From contig CAYXUD010000080.1 in the NCBI GenBank assembly GCA_964467775.1, positions 1,586 through 65,585 on the forward strand: a stretch of DNA of 64,000 nucleotides, in the 5' to 3' direction. The DNA is from an uncultured Bacteroides sp. Its GTDB lineage: Bacteria; Bacteroidota; Bacteroidia; Bacteroidales; GCA-2748055. The translations under genes and the position numbers were made by a program. This document shows positions 18,369-29,851 of the stretch, in pieces. The notes under the pieces are model-generated. The model made no database searches, was not told the DNA's origin, and worked only from the letters and a program-made list of their open reading frames with translations. The stretch's first letter is position 1. Each line of letters opens with the position of its first letter.

Positions 18369-18619
18369 AATTCCTTGTTAATACAACTTATAGATTACCA
18401 GCATTTTACCACGTACCTGCATGCGAAGAACATCTGGCGCCATCAGAAGATGATTCTGACCGGCAAATCTGTTAAGCCCGCAAGAATTTGATACTATCGA
18501 AAAGCTTGAGAGAAATAATTTCAAATTTAGAAAGGACAATCTAAACTTAAGATCAACTGACATGGATAAAAAAACACTGTTCTCCACCTTCTGATCTGTA
18601 ACAGTCATGACGGAACAGC

Positions 18620-19807
18620 CTACTCAATCATGATCTTCCAGCATGTGATTTCCAGATCTGTTTTCACCTGTATGAGATACATCCCTTTGCTGACATCTGA
18701 AATGTCGATGATTTCAGAAGTAGATTCACCCTGCTTCACAGGCTCACCCAGGAGGTTTATAATGGAATATCGGAATGCTTTTATGCCTGATCCATTCAGG
18801 TGAACATGAAGGGTGCTTGTTGCGGGATTGGGATATACGTGGAGTGTTTCAAAATTGCTTTGAGAGTTGCTGACCGGGGGCACGCTATCTCCTTCGATGA
18901 CAGATTTTACATAGTCAACCAATTCCATATTCCCAATTGTCGCTTCTATGTGACCCGGGAGTTCACGAAGGTACCAGCGCACCTCATATTCCAACCGGGA
19001 ATCAATATCAATGTATTTGCACACACTTTGATTCTCCAGTTCAATATATTCATCTGCAACCCATAGTTCGATCTCACCTTCGCCGTCTGCAAAACCACTC
19101 CTGTCAACATCTTCGAAAGTTTTAATATACAACCTGTTCTGATCATCCACATGGGCATACCAGCCCTCCTTTCCATCGGCAAAGAATTTCAAGTTTGTAC
19201 CGTCTTCACTTTCCCTTTCGTACCAGGTGTACCCATTCATCACTTCGGTGGCCGAAGCAAGTTCCCCCCAGGTGCCACCGGGACCTGTAGGCCAGAAGGT
19301 CAGTCCGCCCACAGGCACCCGTGTCAATTCCCAGAGGGCCTTCTTGATTTTTTTTGCAGAAGTATTTACCATTTCGTAGCGCAGAGACAGGGCGGTATCT
19401 GTCGCATTGGCCCAGAAGTTTTTTATAAAATAAAAGCTGTCCCCATTATCAACGGATACATTTTTCCCGGTAAAACGCATCGTATCCCCATCGATCGCAA
19501 CGGTATACTCCTCGTGATCCCAGACCAGTTTATTCGGATTTTCCCAGTTCCATTCCTTTTGAGGGGAAGGCCACAAGGTCGCTCCCCATAAATAATCGGT
19601 TGAAACCTGATCGGAGGTTACCAAAAACTCGGATCCGTCTAACGTGAATGAAGAAACCTTTGCCCCGTAGGCGGAATCAACCTGGAAAACAAGGTTTCCC
19701 ACTTCCAGGGAAAAAACGGAGCCATCTTGCAGGGGAACAAGGTTTTGGGCGGAAAGATTGATCGATGCCATAAAGAGCAGGCACCATAAAGGAGATAGAT
19801 ATTTCAT
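18620..19807 (-). CDS. secreted protein with T9SS C-terminal sorting domain
   Basis: 395 aa with a signal peptide. The C-terminus LHVYPNPATSTLHVHL...GMYLIQVKTD...KIMIE is a Por/T9SS CTD. The N-terminal domain is unassigned. Confidence 0.7.
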   Translation of the reverse strand: MKYLSPLWCLLFMASINLSAQNLVPLQDGSVFSLEVGNLVFQVDSAYGAKVSSFTLDGSEFLVTSDQVSTDYLWGATLWPSPQKEWNWENPNKLVWDHEEYTVAIDGDTMRFTGKNVSVDNGDSFYFIKNFWANATDTALSLRYEMVNTSAKKIKKALWELTRVPVGGLTFWPTGPGGTWGELASATEVMNGYTWYERESEDGTNLKFFADGKEGWYAHVDDQNRLYIKTFEDVDRSGFADGEGEIELWVADEYIELENQSVCKYIDIDSRLEYEVRWYLRELPGHIEATIGNMELVDYVKSVIEGDSVPPVSNSQSNFETLHVYPNPATSTLHVHLNGSGIKAFRYSIINLLGEPVKQGESTSEIIDISDVSKGMYLIQVKTDLEITCWKIMIE

Positions 19808-19818
19808 AGGACTTTTTT

Positions 19819-20769
19819 TTATTCCAGCAGCTCATAATCGTGCATCTCTTTCATGAAGGCCACAAAATCGTGGCTTCTCTCTGATTCCATCCATTTCATG
19901 GCGGACCTTGGATGCTCGTTAAGTGCTCCTGTGATCAGGTAGGGAATGTGGTAACCCCATTTTATTTCCTGTTGCAATGGATGGATATGATGCTGGATCA
20001 CATCAAGCAGGGGTAGCAACCTGTATTTTGGATTTTTTAAAAAAGCGATCAGGATCTCGATGGGGCAGTTGCCGGCTCCCCTTCCCATGCCAAGCAGGGT
20101 GGCATCCAGCATGTTACAACCTTCTATCATGGCTGAAATGGTATTGGACATAGCCAGCTGCATATTATTGTGCGCATGGATGCCCAGGGTCTTGCCCGGA
20201 AGCGCTTTTTTGTATTTCTGTACAAGGCACTGTATGTTAAGACTATACATGCTTCCGAAACTATCCACAATATAGACGATGGGTACCCTGCATTTGCCGA
20301 TATCCTGAAGGGCTTCATCCAGGTCCATTTCATTCACCTTTGAAACGGCCATCAGGTTAATGCTTGTTTCATATTCCATATCGATGCAGTGTTCGGCAAG
20401 CGCAATGGCCTTGTCAATCTGGTGAACATAGCAGGCCACCCTGATCATATCAATTACAGAGTCTTTTGCGGGCGGGATGTCTTCTGGAGCGATCCTGCCG
20501 ATATCTGCCATGGCTGACAATTTCAGGTGAGTATCATTTTTACCCACGATCCGGCGGAGGTCTTTGTCATCGCAAAATTTCCATGGCCCCACCTCGTCCC
20601 TGGAAAAGGCCGATTCACTGCTTTTATACCCTATCTCCATATAATCAATTCCGGCTTCCACACAAGCATTGTAGACGGCTCTTACAAATTCATCAGTGAA
20701 ATGCCAGTTGTTCATTAAACCACCGTCACGAATAGTACAGTCCAGTACTTTAACCTCCTCGCGGAACAT
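19819..20769 (-). CDS. DRE-TIM (HMGL-like) aldolase / pyruvate carboxyltransferase domain protein
   Basis: VLDCTIRDGGLMNNWHF...DYMEIGY...GIHAHNN are hallmark motifs of the HMGL-like metallo-aldolase family. Confidence 0.7.
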   Translation of the reverse strand: MFREEVKVLDCTIRDGGLMNNWHFTDEFVRAVYNACVEAGIDYMEIGYKSSESAFSRDEVGPWKFCDDKDLRRIVGKNDTHLKLSAMADIGRIAPEDIPPAKDSVIDMIRVACYVHQIDKAIALAEHCIDMEYETSINLMAVSKVNEMDLDEALQDIGKCRVPIVYIVDSFGSMYSLNIQCLVQKYKKALPGKTLGIHAHNNMQLAMSNTISAMIEGCNMLDATLLGMGRGAGNCPIEILIAFLKNPKYRLLPLLDVIQHHIHPLQQEIKWGYHIPYLITGALNEHPRSAMKWMESERSHDFVAFMKEMHDYELLE

Positions 20770-20895
20770 AATATTTGATGTAATTAATACCCTGCAAGAT
20801 ATTGTATATTTAAAGGATTTTATGTTGACAGTGAACTATTTAGAAATATTCTGAGTAATATGGCTAAGTGCCGATTCTTGCACACTCAAACCAGA

Positions 20896-23280
20896 TCAAT
20901 CATATTTTAAAGTCCTGGCGGGATCTGTCTGAGCCGCTCTGAGTGTCTGGGAAGTGATGGTCAGAAGCCCGACAAAGACAACCAGAAATACCCCGGCCAG
21001 GATAGTGCCGATCCCGAAGTCCACGCTTTTAGACATATACTGTAGCCACAGGTTATTGACCAGGTATGCGATGATTCCCCCGATTACTGCAGCTATCAGC
21101 ATCAGCCACAGGTAGGATCTTGATACCAGGAGGACAATATGATTCACATCGGCACCGAATGCTTTCCTGATCCCGATCTCCTTGGTCCGGGTCCGCGTAC
21201 TGTAGGTGGCCATTCCCAGCAGACCGAAACTGGCAATAATGATGGCCAGCAGTGTGGCAAAACCTACGGTGTACATGATATCCTCAAAGAAGGAGTAGTA
21301 ATACCTGATCCGGCCGTCAAGGAAATCCCCGTCCATATCATGGTCAGGATCAATCCTGTTCCATGTGCTCTCCAGTTTATGGACAGTTGCTGTCATATCC
21401 GGGGAGTTCAGCCGGAGGAAGGCATGATAATGGGAGCCGGGAACATACCTTAGCAGCAGGGGTTTCTGGTTAAGGAACAGTGCTGCGTACTGGTAATCCT
21501 TGATGATACCGATGATCTCGACCAGAATCGAATCCTCCAGGATCAGGGTGGTCCCGAGGGCCTCCTGTGCACTTCCCAGATGGAACTGTTCCACGGTCAT
21601 TTCGCTGGCGATCACAAATTTCTCATTCTCCGTGCTCATGTTCTCAGGGAAGTTCCTCCCGGCGATCAGATCAAGCCCCATGGTTTCGATGTAGTTCTTA
21701 TCCACTGAAAAATAATGTGCTTCATACTTTTCATCTTCCGGATTCAACCGGGCATCAACCCCCCAGATATTTCCCTCACCCGGGATATGGGATGACGGCG
21801 ATATGCTGACCACCTCCGGGAACTGGCTGTATTCCGATTTCACCCTGGTGAAATCTTTTCCCTGCAGATCGATATCATATACCACTTCGGCATCAAAACC
21901 CATTTCTGCATTGATCATGAAGTTCATCTGTTTGAAGATCAGCAGGATTGAAATAACGAAAACCATGGAGAACACGAACTGGGATACAAGAAGTATTTTC
22001 CTGAGGGTGATGCGGCTGAAGAACCTGATGTTGGTGATGCCTTTCAGTACAGATACCGGCCTGAATGCAGAGATGACAAAGGCAGGCAAAAGACCTGAAA
22101 GGATCCCGGTGACCAGGGCGAAGAGCAGGAACCAGAGATAGAGCGTGGTATTTTGGTCCGGCCTGATTTCGAGCATTGACATCATCTGCATCCCGGAGAA
22201 GGCCGGCAACAGGAATTGCAGAAGGACGATTGCCAGGAGAAGTGAAATAACTGCAATCACCACTGCTTCAACCAGGAACTGAATGATCACCTGGGATCTG
22301 AAGGCCCCGAATGTCTTTCTGACACCCACCTCTTTTGCCCTTAACATGGATCGGGCCACCGAAAGGCTGGTATAATTGAAGGCAGCCGAGATGATGATCA
22401 CCAGGGCGAGCCCGGCCAGGAACAGGATGAATACCTTGGGCAGGAAAAAGCCGATCTCATTGCCCAGCAACGGGCCCGGAACGATTTTATCAAAGGGCTG
22501 GAGATAGAAGGAAAAATTGGTCTCATCGTTGTCCTTATATTTTTCAATACTGATCCGGTCAAGTATATTCTGTATGCTTCCCAGGTCAGCATTCTCGTCA
22601 AGCAGGAGATAGATCCAGCTTCCCCAGCCCGTTTCCCAGTTGTCCACAAACATGGGTTCATCCCTTTTATGATCGAGGATCTCGAGGGTCGGGAGGGAGA
22701 TCAGTGCCTCAAACTGGATATGGGATTTCTTCTTCGTTCTGGCGACGACACCCTTCACCTCATAGGCGAGGGTATCGATCCCGATAAACTTTCCAACGGG
22801 ATCCTCATCCCCAAAAAACTTGTCTGCAGTCTCCCGGCTCAGCACCATGGTGTAGGGTTCGTCCAGGATCCCTGCGGCAGAACCATCCTGCAACTGAAAA
22901 TCGAAGACATCGAAGAATGCGGTGTTGGCATATAAGCCTTTAATTTCCAGGCGTGTATCATGATACACGCCCTCCACGCCGAAATTATTAAGGATCACCA
23001 CCTTTTCCGCCATGGCATAATTATCCCTGATCTCAGTACCCAGTGCGTAAGGATTGGAAGCAATCTTCAGGGAAAAGGATAACAGGCTATCCACCTGCTG
23101 GACCCGGTAGATCCGGTTCCTTTTCGTATGCATGTCATCATAGGAGAACTGGTCAAGGATGACCACGATGATCAGCATGCATACTGCCATGCTCAAGGAG
23201 AGTCCGAAAATATTTATAAGTGAAAATCCTTTGTACCTGAGAATATTCCGGAAGGCAGTAACAAGGTAATTTCTTATCAT
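20896..23280 (-). CDS. ABC transporter permease, FtsX/MacB-like (two FtsX domains)
   Basis: 794 aa. N-terminal MIRNYLVTAFRNILRYKGFSLINIFGLSLSMA, with duplicated FtsX 4-TM modules each preceded by a large periplasmic domain. Confidence 0.8.
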   Translation of the reverse strand: MIRNYLVTAFRNILRYKGFSLINIFGLSLSMAVCMLIIVVILDQFSYDDMHTKRNRIYRVQQVDSLLSFSLKIASNPYALGTEIRDNYAMAEKVVILNNFGVEGVYHDTRLEIKGLYANTAFFDVFDFQLQDGSAAGILDEPYTMVLSRETADKFFGDEDPVGKFIGIDTLAYEVKGVVARTKKKSHIQFEALISLPTLEILDHKRDEPMFVDNWETGWGSWIYLLLDENADLGSIQNILDRISIEKYKDNDETNFSFYLQPFDKIVPGPLLGNEIGFFLPKVFILFLAGLALVIIISAAFNYTSLSVARSMLRAKEVGVRKTFGAFRSQVIIQFLVEAVVIAVISLLLAIVLLQFLLPAFSGMQMMSMLEIRPDQNTTLYLWFLLFALVTGILSGLLPAFVISAFRPVSVLKGITNIRFFSRITLRKILLVSQFVFSMVFVISILLIFKQMNFMINAEMGFDAEVVYDIDLQGKDFTRVKSEYSQFPEVVSISPSSHIPGEGNIWGVDARLNPEDEKYEAHYFSVDKNYIETMGLDLIAGRNFPENMSTENEKFVIASEMTVEQFHLGSAQEALGTTLILEDSILVEIIGIIKDYQYAALFLNQKPLLLRYVPGSHYHAFLRLNSPDMTATVHKLESTWNRIDPDHDMDGDFLDGRIRYYYSFFEDIMYTVGFATLLAIIIASFGLLGMATYSTRTRTKEIGIRKAFGADVNHIVLLVSRSYLWLMLIAAVIGGIIAYLVNNLWLQYMSKSVDFGIGTILAGVFLVVFVGLLTITSQTLRAAQTDPARTLKYD

Positions 23281-23620
23281 GTGAGCCCTGGCGCTTTCTG
23301 ATTTATATCAACCTTTATGAGTTAGACGTCCAGCTCTTTTCAATGTTACAAATGTCACATATGAGTGGATATTAATTCCGTATCTCCTGATGGTTGTTTC
23401 AGCAAATTCATTTTCCCTCATCCGTCGTTGATTACATTTGTAGGGGAGGCTGAGAATGCTGATATTAAAAAAGAACTGGATGAGTAAGAATTATCATTGA
23501 TCAGGCTTTCAAATTAAATATAGAACTTATAAGTTTGATCAGGGACTGAAATCCATATTTTCAACTTTAAAACGGCCATTGGTTTTGATCAGGAATTTGT
23601 CATCGGCAGGATTCATTACC

Positions 23621-24919
23621 ATGGCCATGGTGTTATCGTTCCTCCCGGGTTGTGCCCCGCGCACAATATATAATGAGAAATATGTATCCGATGAAATTGG
23701 GGAGAGGTCAGGATTCCATATGCCTGATGCATCATCCGATTCCATTTCGTTCCCTTCCGGGATCCGCCTTGATGATGGCCTGTCAGAGGAAGAAGCGGTG
23801 GCGATTGCCCTCTGGAATAATCACCAGTTCCAGGCCGACCTTTCCGATCTTGGTTTTGCCCGTGCAGATCTGATCGAGGCCGGAATGCTTCCCAACCCGG
23901 CTTTCTCCCTTTTGTTTCCCCTGGGGCCCAAACAGCTGGAGTTCACCCTGTCGTACGCCATCGATATCCTCTGGCAGCGGCCCAGCAGGGTGGCAGCTGC
24001 AAAACTCAATGCTGAGAAGGTTGCTGAAAACCTGGTCAGTCACGGTCTCGCCCTGGTGCGCAATGTGTATGTTTCTTTTGCGGATCTGCACATGGCCCGG
24101 GAAAAGCTCAGGATCATGGACGACGAAGCAGCACTGGATGGTGAAATTGCACAGATTGCTTCTGTAAGGATGCAGGCCGGAGATATCAGTGAACTTGAAG
24201 AGACAGCTTTTCACCTGGCCGCTTCCCGGACAAGGGAGGCCTGTATCTCCGCCCGCAGGGATATGGAGATCCGGAAGATCAGGTTCCTGACACTGCTTGG
24301 ATTGATATCTGAACATGCTGACGTACAGATTAACCCCGGACCGGTCAGTCTATCCGGCATGCCGGATCCTGAACTGCTGATTAAAACCGGACTTGCCTGC
24401 CGCCCGGACCTGCGGGCAGCCGAACTTGAAATTGAGATTGCCGGTGAACGGCTGGGCTGGGAAAGATCAAAGATCTTTAACCTGACGGCCATGCTGGATG
24501 CGAATGCCCAGGGTACGAGCGGTTTTGAAATGGGACCCGGAGCCAGTCTTGAAATTCCCATATTCTATTTCAACCAGGGAGGGACCGCCAGGGCACGGAC
24601 TGAGATACAACGGGCCTCGGATCATTACCTTGCCGTGCAGCAATCGATCCGGGCTGAGATCCTCGAAACATTCCAGGGTTACAAGGCCGCAAGGCAATCC
24701 TATGAATTTCTGTTGGATGAGGTAATGCCGCAGGCGGAGCAGGCAGTTCAAAACGGAGAAGAGGCCTACGCTGCAGGAGAGATTTCTTACCTGGAGTTCC
24801 TGGAATTCAGGCGGCAGCTGCTCCAGACCCGTCTGCGCACGGTTGAAGCTGAAGCTGAAGTCAGGAAAAACGCAGCATCCATCTATTACACGATCGGGGG
24901 GAACGTAATCCCTTTTTAA
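23621..24919 (+). CDS. TolC-family outer-membrane efflux protein (CzcC-like)
   Basis: Lipobox LSFLPGC and two coiled-coil repeats. Lies upstream of, and in the same direction as, the adaptor and RND pump. The ORF track starts at TTG 23579; ATG 23621 is preferred. Confidence 0.75.
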   Translation: MAMVLSFLPGCAPRTIYNEKYVSDEIGERSGFHMPDASSDSISFPSGIRLDDGLSEEEAVAIALWNNHQFQADLSDLGFARADLIEAGMLPNPAFSLLFPLGPKQLEFTLSYAIDILWQRPSRVAAAKLNAEKVAENLVSHGLALVRNVYVSFADLHMAREKLRIMDDEAALDGEIAQIASVRMQAGDISELEETAFHLAASRTREACISARRDMEIRKIRFLTLLGLISEHADVQINPGPVSLSGMPDPELLIKTGLACRPDLRAAELEIEIAGERLGWERSKIFNLTAMLDANAQGTSGFEMGPGASLEIPIFYFNQGGTARARTEIQRASDHYLAVQQSIRAEILETFQGYKAARQSYEFLLDEVMPQAEQAVQNGEEAYAAGEISYLEFLEFRRQLLQTRLRTVEAEAEVRKNAASIYYTIGGNVIPF

Positions 24920-24937
24920 CTGATAAAACGACCCAAT

Positions 24938-26149
24938 ATGCATCGAAATCTAAAACACCCGTTGGTTATCAGTTTTTCCTTCCTTGTACTGGTCATTTAT
25001 CTCAATGCCTGCGGCAATAAGAGGGGCGAAAAGGAGACCCCGCAAAAGCCGGCAGAGGTGACAAATCAGGTAAAGGAAAATAGCCTTACAACCATCCGGC
25101 TTACCGTGGAGGCTGAACAGCGGCTCGGGCTCGGGACAAGACCGGCAGAGATCAGGAATCTGCACAAAACCCTTACGCTGGGAGGAGAGGTCATGGTCCC
25201 CCCAGGCCAGGAAGCGAAGGTGACTGCTCCTGTTTCCGGTAAGGTATGCCATACGCCGGCAGGTTACTTCCCGGTGGCAGGTTCCCCGGTTCAAATGAAC
25301 CAGGAGATCATGCGGCTGATCGTGATCCCCCCCGAAACAGACATAATAAGCGCTTCGGATGATGTAAGTGTGAAGCAGGTGGAATATGAAGCAGCCCTGG
25401 CTGAATTGAAAAGGGCAGAAACACTGCTTGAGAACAGAGCCATCAGTGATAAAGTGTTTGAATCCACAAAGGCAAAATATGCCAAAGCCGAAGCCTCCCT
25501 GAAAGCCTCCATGAGCCGTTTGGATCTGTATATGGGAAAGAATATCAATGCCGCTTCTGAAAATTTGTCTGCCTTCATTTTGGAATCCCCGGTTACCGGT
25601 GTGATTCAGAATATCAATGTGGCACCCGGACAGATCATCGCTTCCTCTGCCACGCTGTTTGAGGTATCGCAAATGAACCGTTTCTGGATCAGGGTTCCCG
25701 TTTATTCCGGCGACCTTGCGAGCATTGACACGGGACAAAAAGCAACCATCTCCACCATGGGCAACAGGGGAAAGCCCGGTTTGATTGCGGCGGATCCCAT
25801 ACAGGGGCCCTTGCTCAGCAATGCCAGCAGCGCATCATCCTATCTTTATTATCAGGTTGACAACCGTACCGGGATGCTGAGAAGCGGACAGAAGGTCAGT
25901 GTAACCCTCAGCCTGAGATCAGCCGGTGAACACCTGGCGGTTCCTTATTCATCGATCATCTATGATATCCGGGGCGGGACATGGGTTTATGTCAGATCAG
26001 CTCCTCAGGTTTATATCCGCACAAGGGTTGACCTGGATCATGTTTCGGATGGCCTGGCCGTTATAATTCGCGGCCTCTCCCCCGGAGATGAAGTGGTTTA
26101 TGCGGGGGCAGCGGAACTTTTTGGTACCGAATTCGGAGTGGGAAAATGA
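24938..26149 (+). CDS. efflux RND periplasmic adaptor subunit (CzcB/HlyD family)
   Basis: 403 aa with lipoprotein signal (LNAC), a coiled-coil hairpin ([17 protein letters not shown]...[10 protein letters not shown]) and a beta-barrel domain. Its stop overlaps the pump start (ATGA at 26146). Confidence 0.8.
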   Translation: MHRNLKHPLVISFSFLVLVIYLNACGNKRGEKETPQKPAEVTNQVKENSLTTIRLTVEAEQRLGLGTRPAEIRNLHKTLTLGGEVMVPPGQEAKVTAPVSGKVCHTPAGYFPVAGSPVQMNQEIMRLIVIPPETDIISASDDVSVKQVEYEAALAELKRAETLLENRAISDKVFESTKAKYAKAEASLKASMSRLDLYMGKNINAASENLSAFILESPVTGVIQNINVAPGQIIASSATLFEVSQMNRFWIRVPVYSGDLASIDTGQKATISTMGNRGKPGLIAADPIQGPLLSNASSASSYLYYQVDNRTGMLRSGQKVSVTLSLRSAGEHLAVPYSSIIYDIRGGTWVYVRSAPQVYIRTRVDLDHVSDGLAVIIRGLSPGDEVVYAGAAELFGTEFGVGK

Positions 26150-29100
26150 TGAGATGGCTCATATCCAATGCTTTGCGCCTCAGGGTGGCCGTAGTCATCC
26201 TGACGCTGCTGCTCCTTATAACGGGTACCCGTGTCATCAGGCGTGCGCACTTCGACGTCTTTCCTGAATTTGCTCCCCCGCTGGTGGAGATCCAGACAGA
26301 AGCCCCGGGGCTATCCACTGCCGAAGTGGAAATCCTCGTCACAATACCGATCGAAAATGCCATGAACGGGGTTTCCTGGCTGAAGCATATCCGGTCCAAA
26401 TCCGTTCTCGGCCTTTCTTCCGTTACCCTCTATTTTGAGGACGGAACGGATATCATGAAAGCCCGCCAGATGGTTCAGGAAAGAGTGACGGCCATTGCCG
26501 GTGAGCTTCCCGGGGTGGCCAGGCCCCCGGTCATGCTATCCCCCCTGTCATCCACCAGCCGGGTGTTGAAAATAGGGATTACCTCCGACACGCTCTCCCA
26601 GATGGAGATGACCACCCTGGCAAAATGGACCATAAGGCCCCGGTTGATGGCCATCCCCGGAGTGGCCAATGTGGCCATTTGGGGTCAGAGGGACCGCCAG
26701 ATACAGGCCCTGATCAATCCCGGTCATCTTCAAACCCATGGCGTTTCCACCGGTGAGGTGGTAGCAGCTGTTCGCCAGGCAGCGGAGATGGGTGGCGGGG
26801 GTTTTATGGATACCCCGAACCAGCGACTGGCTGTTTCCTTTGTTTCAACAATTAAATCCCCGGCTGACCTCGTTGATATTCCGGTGGCCTACAGGGAAGG
26901 GATCCCTGTCAGGCTCGGGGATATGGCAGAGCTGGTCGAAGGGTCACCTCCTGCCATCGGGGATGCCATTGTGAACGATCAGCCCGGCCTGCTGCTCATC
27001 GTGGAAAAGCAACCCTGGGGCAATACTCTTGAGGTGACGCATCAGATTGAGGAAACCCTGGAGGCCCTGAAGCCCGGCCTGAAGGGTCTAGATATCGATT
27101 CCACGATTTTCCGGCCAGCCACCTTCATAGAGATGTCACTGCATAACCTGAACCGGGCGCTGTTGATCGGCTGCATCCTGGTGATCGTTGTGCTGGCATT
27201 CTTCCTGAATGACTGGAGGACAGCCCTGATCAGTGTGCTGGCCATTCCGACATCACTGATCACGGCCGCATTGATATTGAATTACCAGGGCGGGACCATC
27301 AACACCATGGTGCTGGCGGGACTCATTATCGCCCTTGGCGAACTGGTGGATGATGCGATCATCGACGTTGAAAATATCATCCGGAGGCTGAGGCAGAACA
27401 GGGAAAAGGAGCATCCTGACCCCGCTTTCAGGGTGGTTCTCGAGGCATCCCTTGAGGTCAGGAGCGCCGTTGTATACGGGAGCATCATTGTGGTGCTGGT
27501 GCTGGTGCCCGTTTTTTTCATGGGAGGATTGTCCGGCTCCTTTTTCCGTCCCCTGGCCCTCTCCTATGTGCTTGCCATCCTCTCCTCCCTGCTGGTGGCG
27601 TTAATACTGACCCCGGCCCTTTCACTGATCCTTTTGCCAAAAGCATCGGAAAGGAAGGAGTCCGTTCTGATGATCCGGCTCAAATCGGGCTATGAGAAAT
27701 TGATGTCCAGGATCCTCCGTTTCCCGAGGCGGTTGTTCGTCATTGTGGGCGTTGTGCTGGTGGCAACCCTCGGATCACTGCCATTTCTGGGGGAGGAGTT
27801 CCTGCCGGATTTTAAGGAGTACGATTTCCTGATGCACTGGGTGGAAAAGCCCGGCACCTCCATTGAAGCGATGGACCGGATCACCATCCGGGTAAGCAAG
27901 GAATTGAGGGCCATTCCAGGTGTAAGGAATTTCGGGTCGCACATTGGCCGGGCAGAAGTGGCGGATGAGGTGGTCGGTCCCAATTTCACCGAGCTGTGGA
28001 TCAGCCTTGACCCGGATGTGGAATACGAGAAGACGGTCGGAAAGATCCAGGAGGTGGTCAATGGATACCCGGGACTCTACCGTGATCTGCTTACCTATCT
28101 GAGAGAGCGCATCAAGGAGGTGCTGACCGGATCAAGCGCATCGCTGGTGATCCGCATCTATGGTGAAGACCTGGAGGTGATCCGGAATAAATCAGAAGAG
28201 GTCAGGAACGCCATCATGGACATACCGGGGGTGGTCGACCTGAAGGTGCAGCAGCAGGACATGGTGCCGCAGATCGAAATCAGGGTCAAACCTGAGAAAG
28301 CGGCGCAATTCGGACTTACCGCCGGCATGATCAGGGAGGCGGTCAACATTTACCAGAAGGGAGTGAAGGTGGGTGAGTTTTTTGAAAACCAGAACATTTT
28401 TGACGTGGTGGTCTGGGGAACTCCTGAAGTCAGGTCTGACCTGGACGCCATTCAGACCCTGATGCTGGACATTCCCACCGGAGGGTTTGTGCCTTTAAAT
28501 GAAGTGGCGGATGTGATCGTTTCACCGGTCCCCAACCAGATCACCCGGGAGTTTGCCTCCAGGTATACCGAGGTGACCTGTAATGTAAAAGGGCGGGATC
28601 TCGGAAGGGTGGCAAACGATATTGAGTCAGGATTGAAAACAGTCTCCTTTGGCCGGGGCTATCATCCTGAACTTCTGGGCGAATACGCAGCCCAGCAGGA
28701 GGCCAGGAACCGGATCCTCGGGTTGTCCATCCTGTCGCTGATAGGGATCTTTATCATCCTTTATTCAGATTTCGGTTCAGCGCGGCTTGCGCTGCTCGTT
28801 TTCGCAGGCCTGCCTTTTGCCCTGACCGGCGGGGTTATTGCAGCATTGCTCAGCGGGGGTGTGGTATCCCTGGGATCGTTGATCGGGTTCATTACCGTAC
28901 TGGGGATAGCTGCACGGAACAGTATCATGCTGATCAGCCATTACCGGCACCTTGAGCATGCAGAGGGAGAAGGATTCGGGTTATCCCTTGTGATCCGGGG
29001 AGCAAAAGAGAGACTGATGCCCATCCTGTTGACCGCACTGACCACCGCACTTGCACTGCTGGCAATCATTGTAGGCGGGAACAGGCCGGGCCAGGAGATC

Positions 29101-29217
29101 GAATACCCCATGGCACAGGTCATCCTGGGGGGACTGATCAGTTCGGCCCTGCTGAATCTGTTTGTGATGCCTTTGCTCTACTGGAAGTTCTCCCCTGCGG
29201 CCGTAAAAAATAAATAA
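26146..29217 (+). CDS. efflux RND transporter permease, CusA/CzcA heavy-metal-efflux family
   Basis: 1023 aa with 12-TM RND architecture. The N-terminus ...[40 protein letters not shown] follows the CzcA-family consensus. Confidence 0.85.
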   Translation: MMRWLISNALRLRVAVVILTLLLLITGTRVIRRAHFDVFPEFAPPLVEIQTEAPGLSTAEVEILVTIPIENAMNGVSWLKHIRSKSVLGLSSVTLYFEDGTDIMKARQMVQERVTAIAGELPGVARPPVMLSPLSSTSRVLKIGITSDTLSQMEMTTLAKWTIRPRLMAIPGVANVAIWGQRDRQIQALINPGHLQTHGVSTGEVVAAVRQAAEMGGGGFMDTPNQRLAVSFVSTIKSPADLVDIPVAYREGIPVRLGDMAELVEGSPPAIGDAIVNDQPGLLLIVEKQPWGNTLEVTHQIEETLEALKPGLKGLDIDSTIFRPATFIEMSLHNLNRALLIGCILVIVVLAFFLNDWRTALISVLAIPTSLITAALILNYQGGTINTMVLAGLIIALGELVDDAIIDVENIIRRLRQNREKEHPDPAFRVVLEASLEVRSAVVYGSIIVVLVLVPVFFMGGLSGSFFRPLALSYVLAILSSLLVALILTPALSLILLPKASERKESVLMIRLKSGYEKLMSRILRFPRRLFVIVGVVLVATLGSLPFLGEEFLPDFKEYDFLMHWVEKPGTSIEAMDRITIRVSKELRAIPGVRNFGSHIGRAEVADEVVGPNFTELWISLDPDVEYEKTVGKIQEVVNGYPGLYRDLLTYLRERIKEVLTGSSASLVIRIYGEDLEVIRNKSEEVRNAIMDIPGVVDLKVQQQDMVPQIEIRVKPEKAAQFGLTAGMIREAVNIYQKGVKVGEFFENQNIFDVVVWGTPEVRSDLDAIQTLMLDIPTGGFVPLNEVADVIVSPVPNQITREFASRYTEVTCNVKGRDLGRVANDIESGLKTVSFGRGYHPELLGEYAAQQEARNRILGLSILSLIGIFIILYSDFGSARLALLVFAGLPFALTGGVIAALLSGGVVSLGSLIGFITVLGIAARNSIMLISHYRHLEHAEGEGFGLSLVIRGAKERLMPILLTALTTALALLAIIVGGNRPGQEIEYPMAQVILGGLISSALLNLFVMPLLYWKFSPAAVKNK

Positions 29218-29524
29218 ATATTATACCAATTTATATATCACTGTATATCAAATAGTTATAAACATATCACAATCTATATCGTTGTGTGTAGTTACAGCAA
29301 CACCCGGATTCCGGATTGATTACATTTAAGAGACAGTTTCATTCATTCAAAACGGTTTTTTGTATCTATAATTTTCCGGTTCTTTATCTGTAATTACTGA
29401 TAAACTTAAATTAACCAAATTAGGATCGACTTGACTTTTCCATCATCAATTCAAATTCACCGGGCTCAACCTAAGGTTTCGTGTTTCTGCTTTTTACTGT
29501 CAAGTCACAAGTACTTTTCGGATC

Positions 29525-29794
29525 CTATTCTATAATCTTCAAGATTTCACCGGGAATAACTTTTCCATTCGGGATGGTTAAATGACCCTCGCAGCTGTTA
29601 TTTTGAAGGTTCAGATCATTGCTGTCCGTTATTTCTATTTCAGCAGTTATCCTGAAGCTTCCATGGGACGCCTTCCAGTTTTTCCCGTGTATGCCCTGGG
29701 CACAGGCCAGTTCCATGCCCCCGACCGGGATTGCTAAAGATCTTGAATTACGCGAGCGCAGTCCCCGAAGTTCTACTTCGGGGTAAGCGAGCAC
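29525..29794 (-). CDS. C-terminal remainder of the GH3 protein (second half of a CARDB-like beta-sandwich); first ~17 codons are element-encoded
   Basis: MLAYPEVELRGLRSRN is a translation of the repeat. SRSLAIPVGGMELACAQGIHGKNWKASHGSFRITAEIEITDSNDLNLQNNS continues the domain begun by ...IIRFYVDGKEVAWYH at the end of 29950..32250. Confidence 0.65.
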   Translation of the reverse strand: MLAYPEVELRGLRSRNSRSLAIPVGGMELACAQGIHGKNWKASHGSFRITAEIEITDSNDLNLQNNSCEGHLTIPNGKVIPGEILKIIE

Positions 29795-29851
29795 AAATAA
29801 AATAAGAAATTAATCGATGATTCCTCGCAGCTTGCTGCGAGGAGAGTCAAT
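29742..29851 (+). mobile_element. repeat element, diverged unit V (first unit of a tandem dimer)
   Basis: Sequence: cttgaattacgcgagcgcagtccccgaagttctacttcggggtaagcgagcacaaataaaataagaaattaatcgatgattcctcgcagcttgctgcgaggagagtcaat. It has the same length as the canonical unit and aligns to it without gaps. Both hairpins are retained through paired substitutions. Confidence 0.8.

Noticed and set aside
29218-29524. A 300-bp AT-rich spacer after the RND pump with repeated tatatc/atatca words, considered as a possible regulatory array or sRNA.
   Set aside because: The words are short and irregularly spaced. There is no hairpin/terminator pair or conserved box that I can support. It is more likely ordinary AT-rich intergenic DNA between convergent operons.
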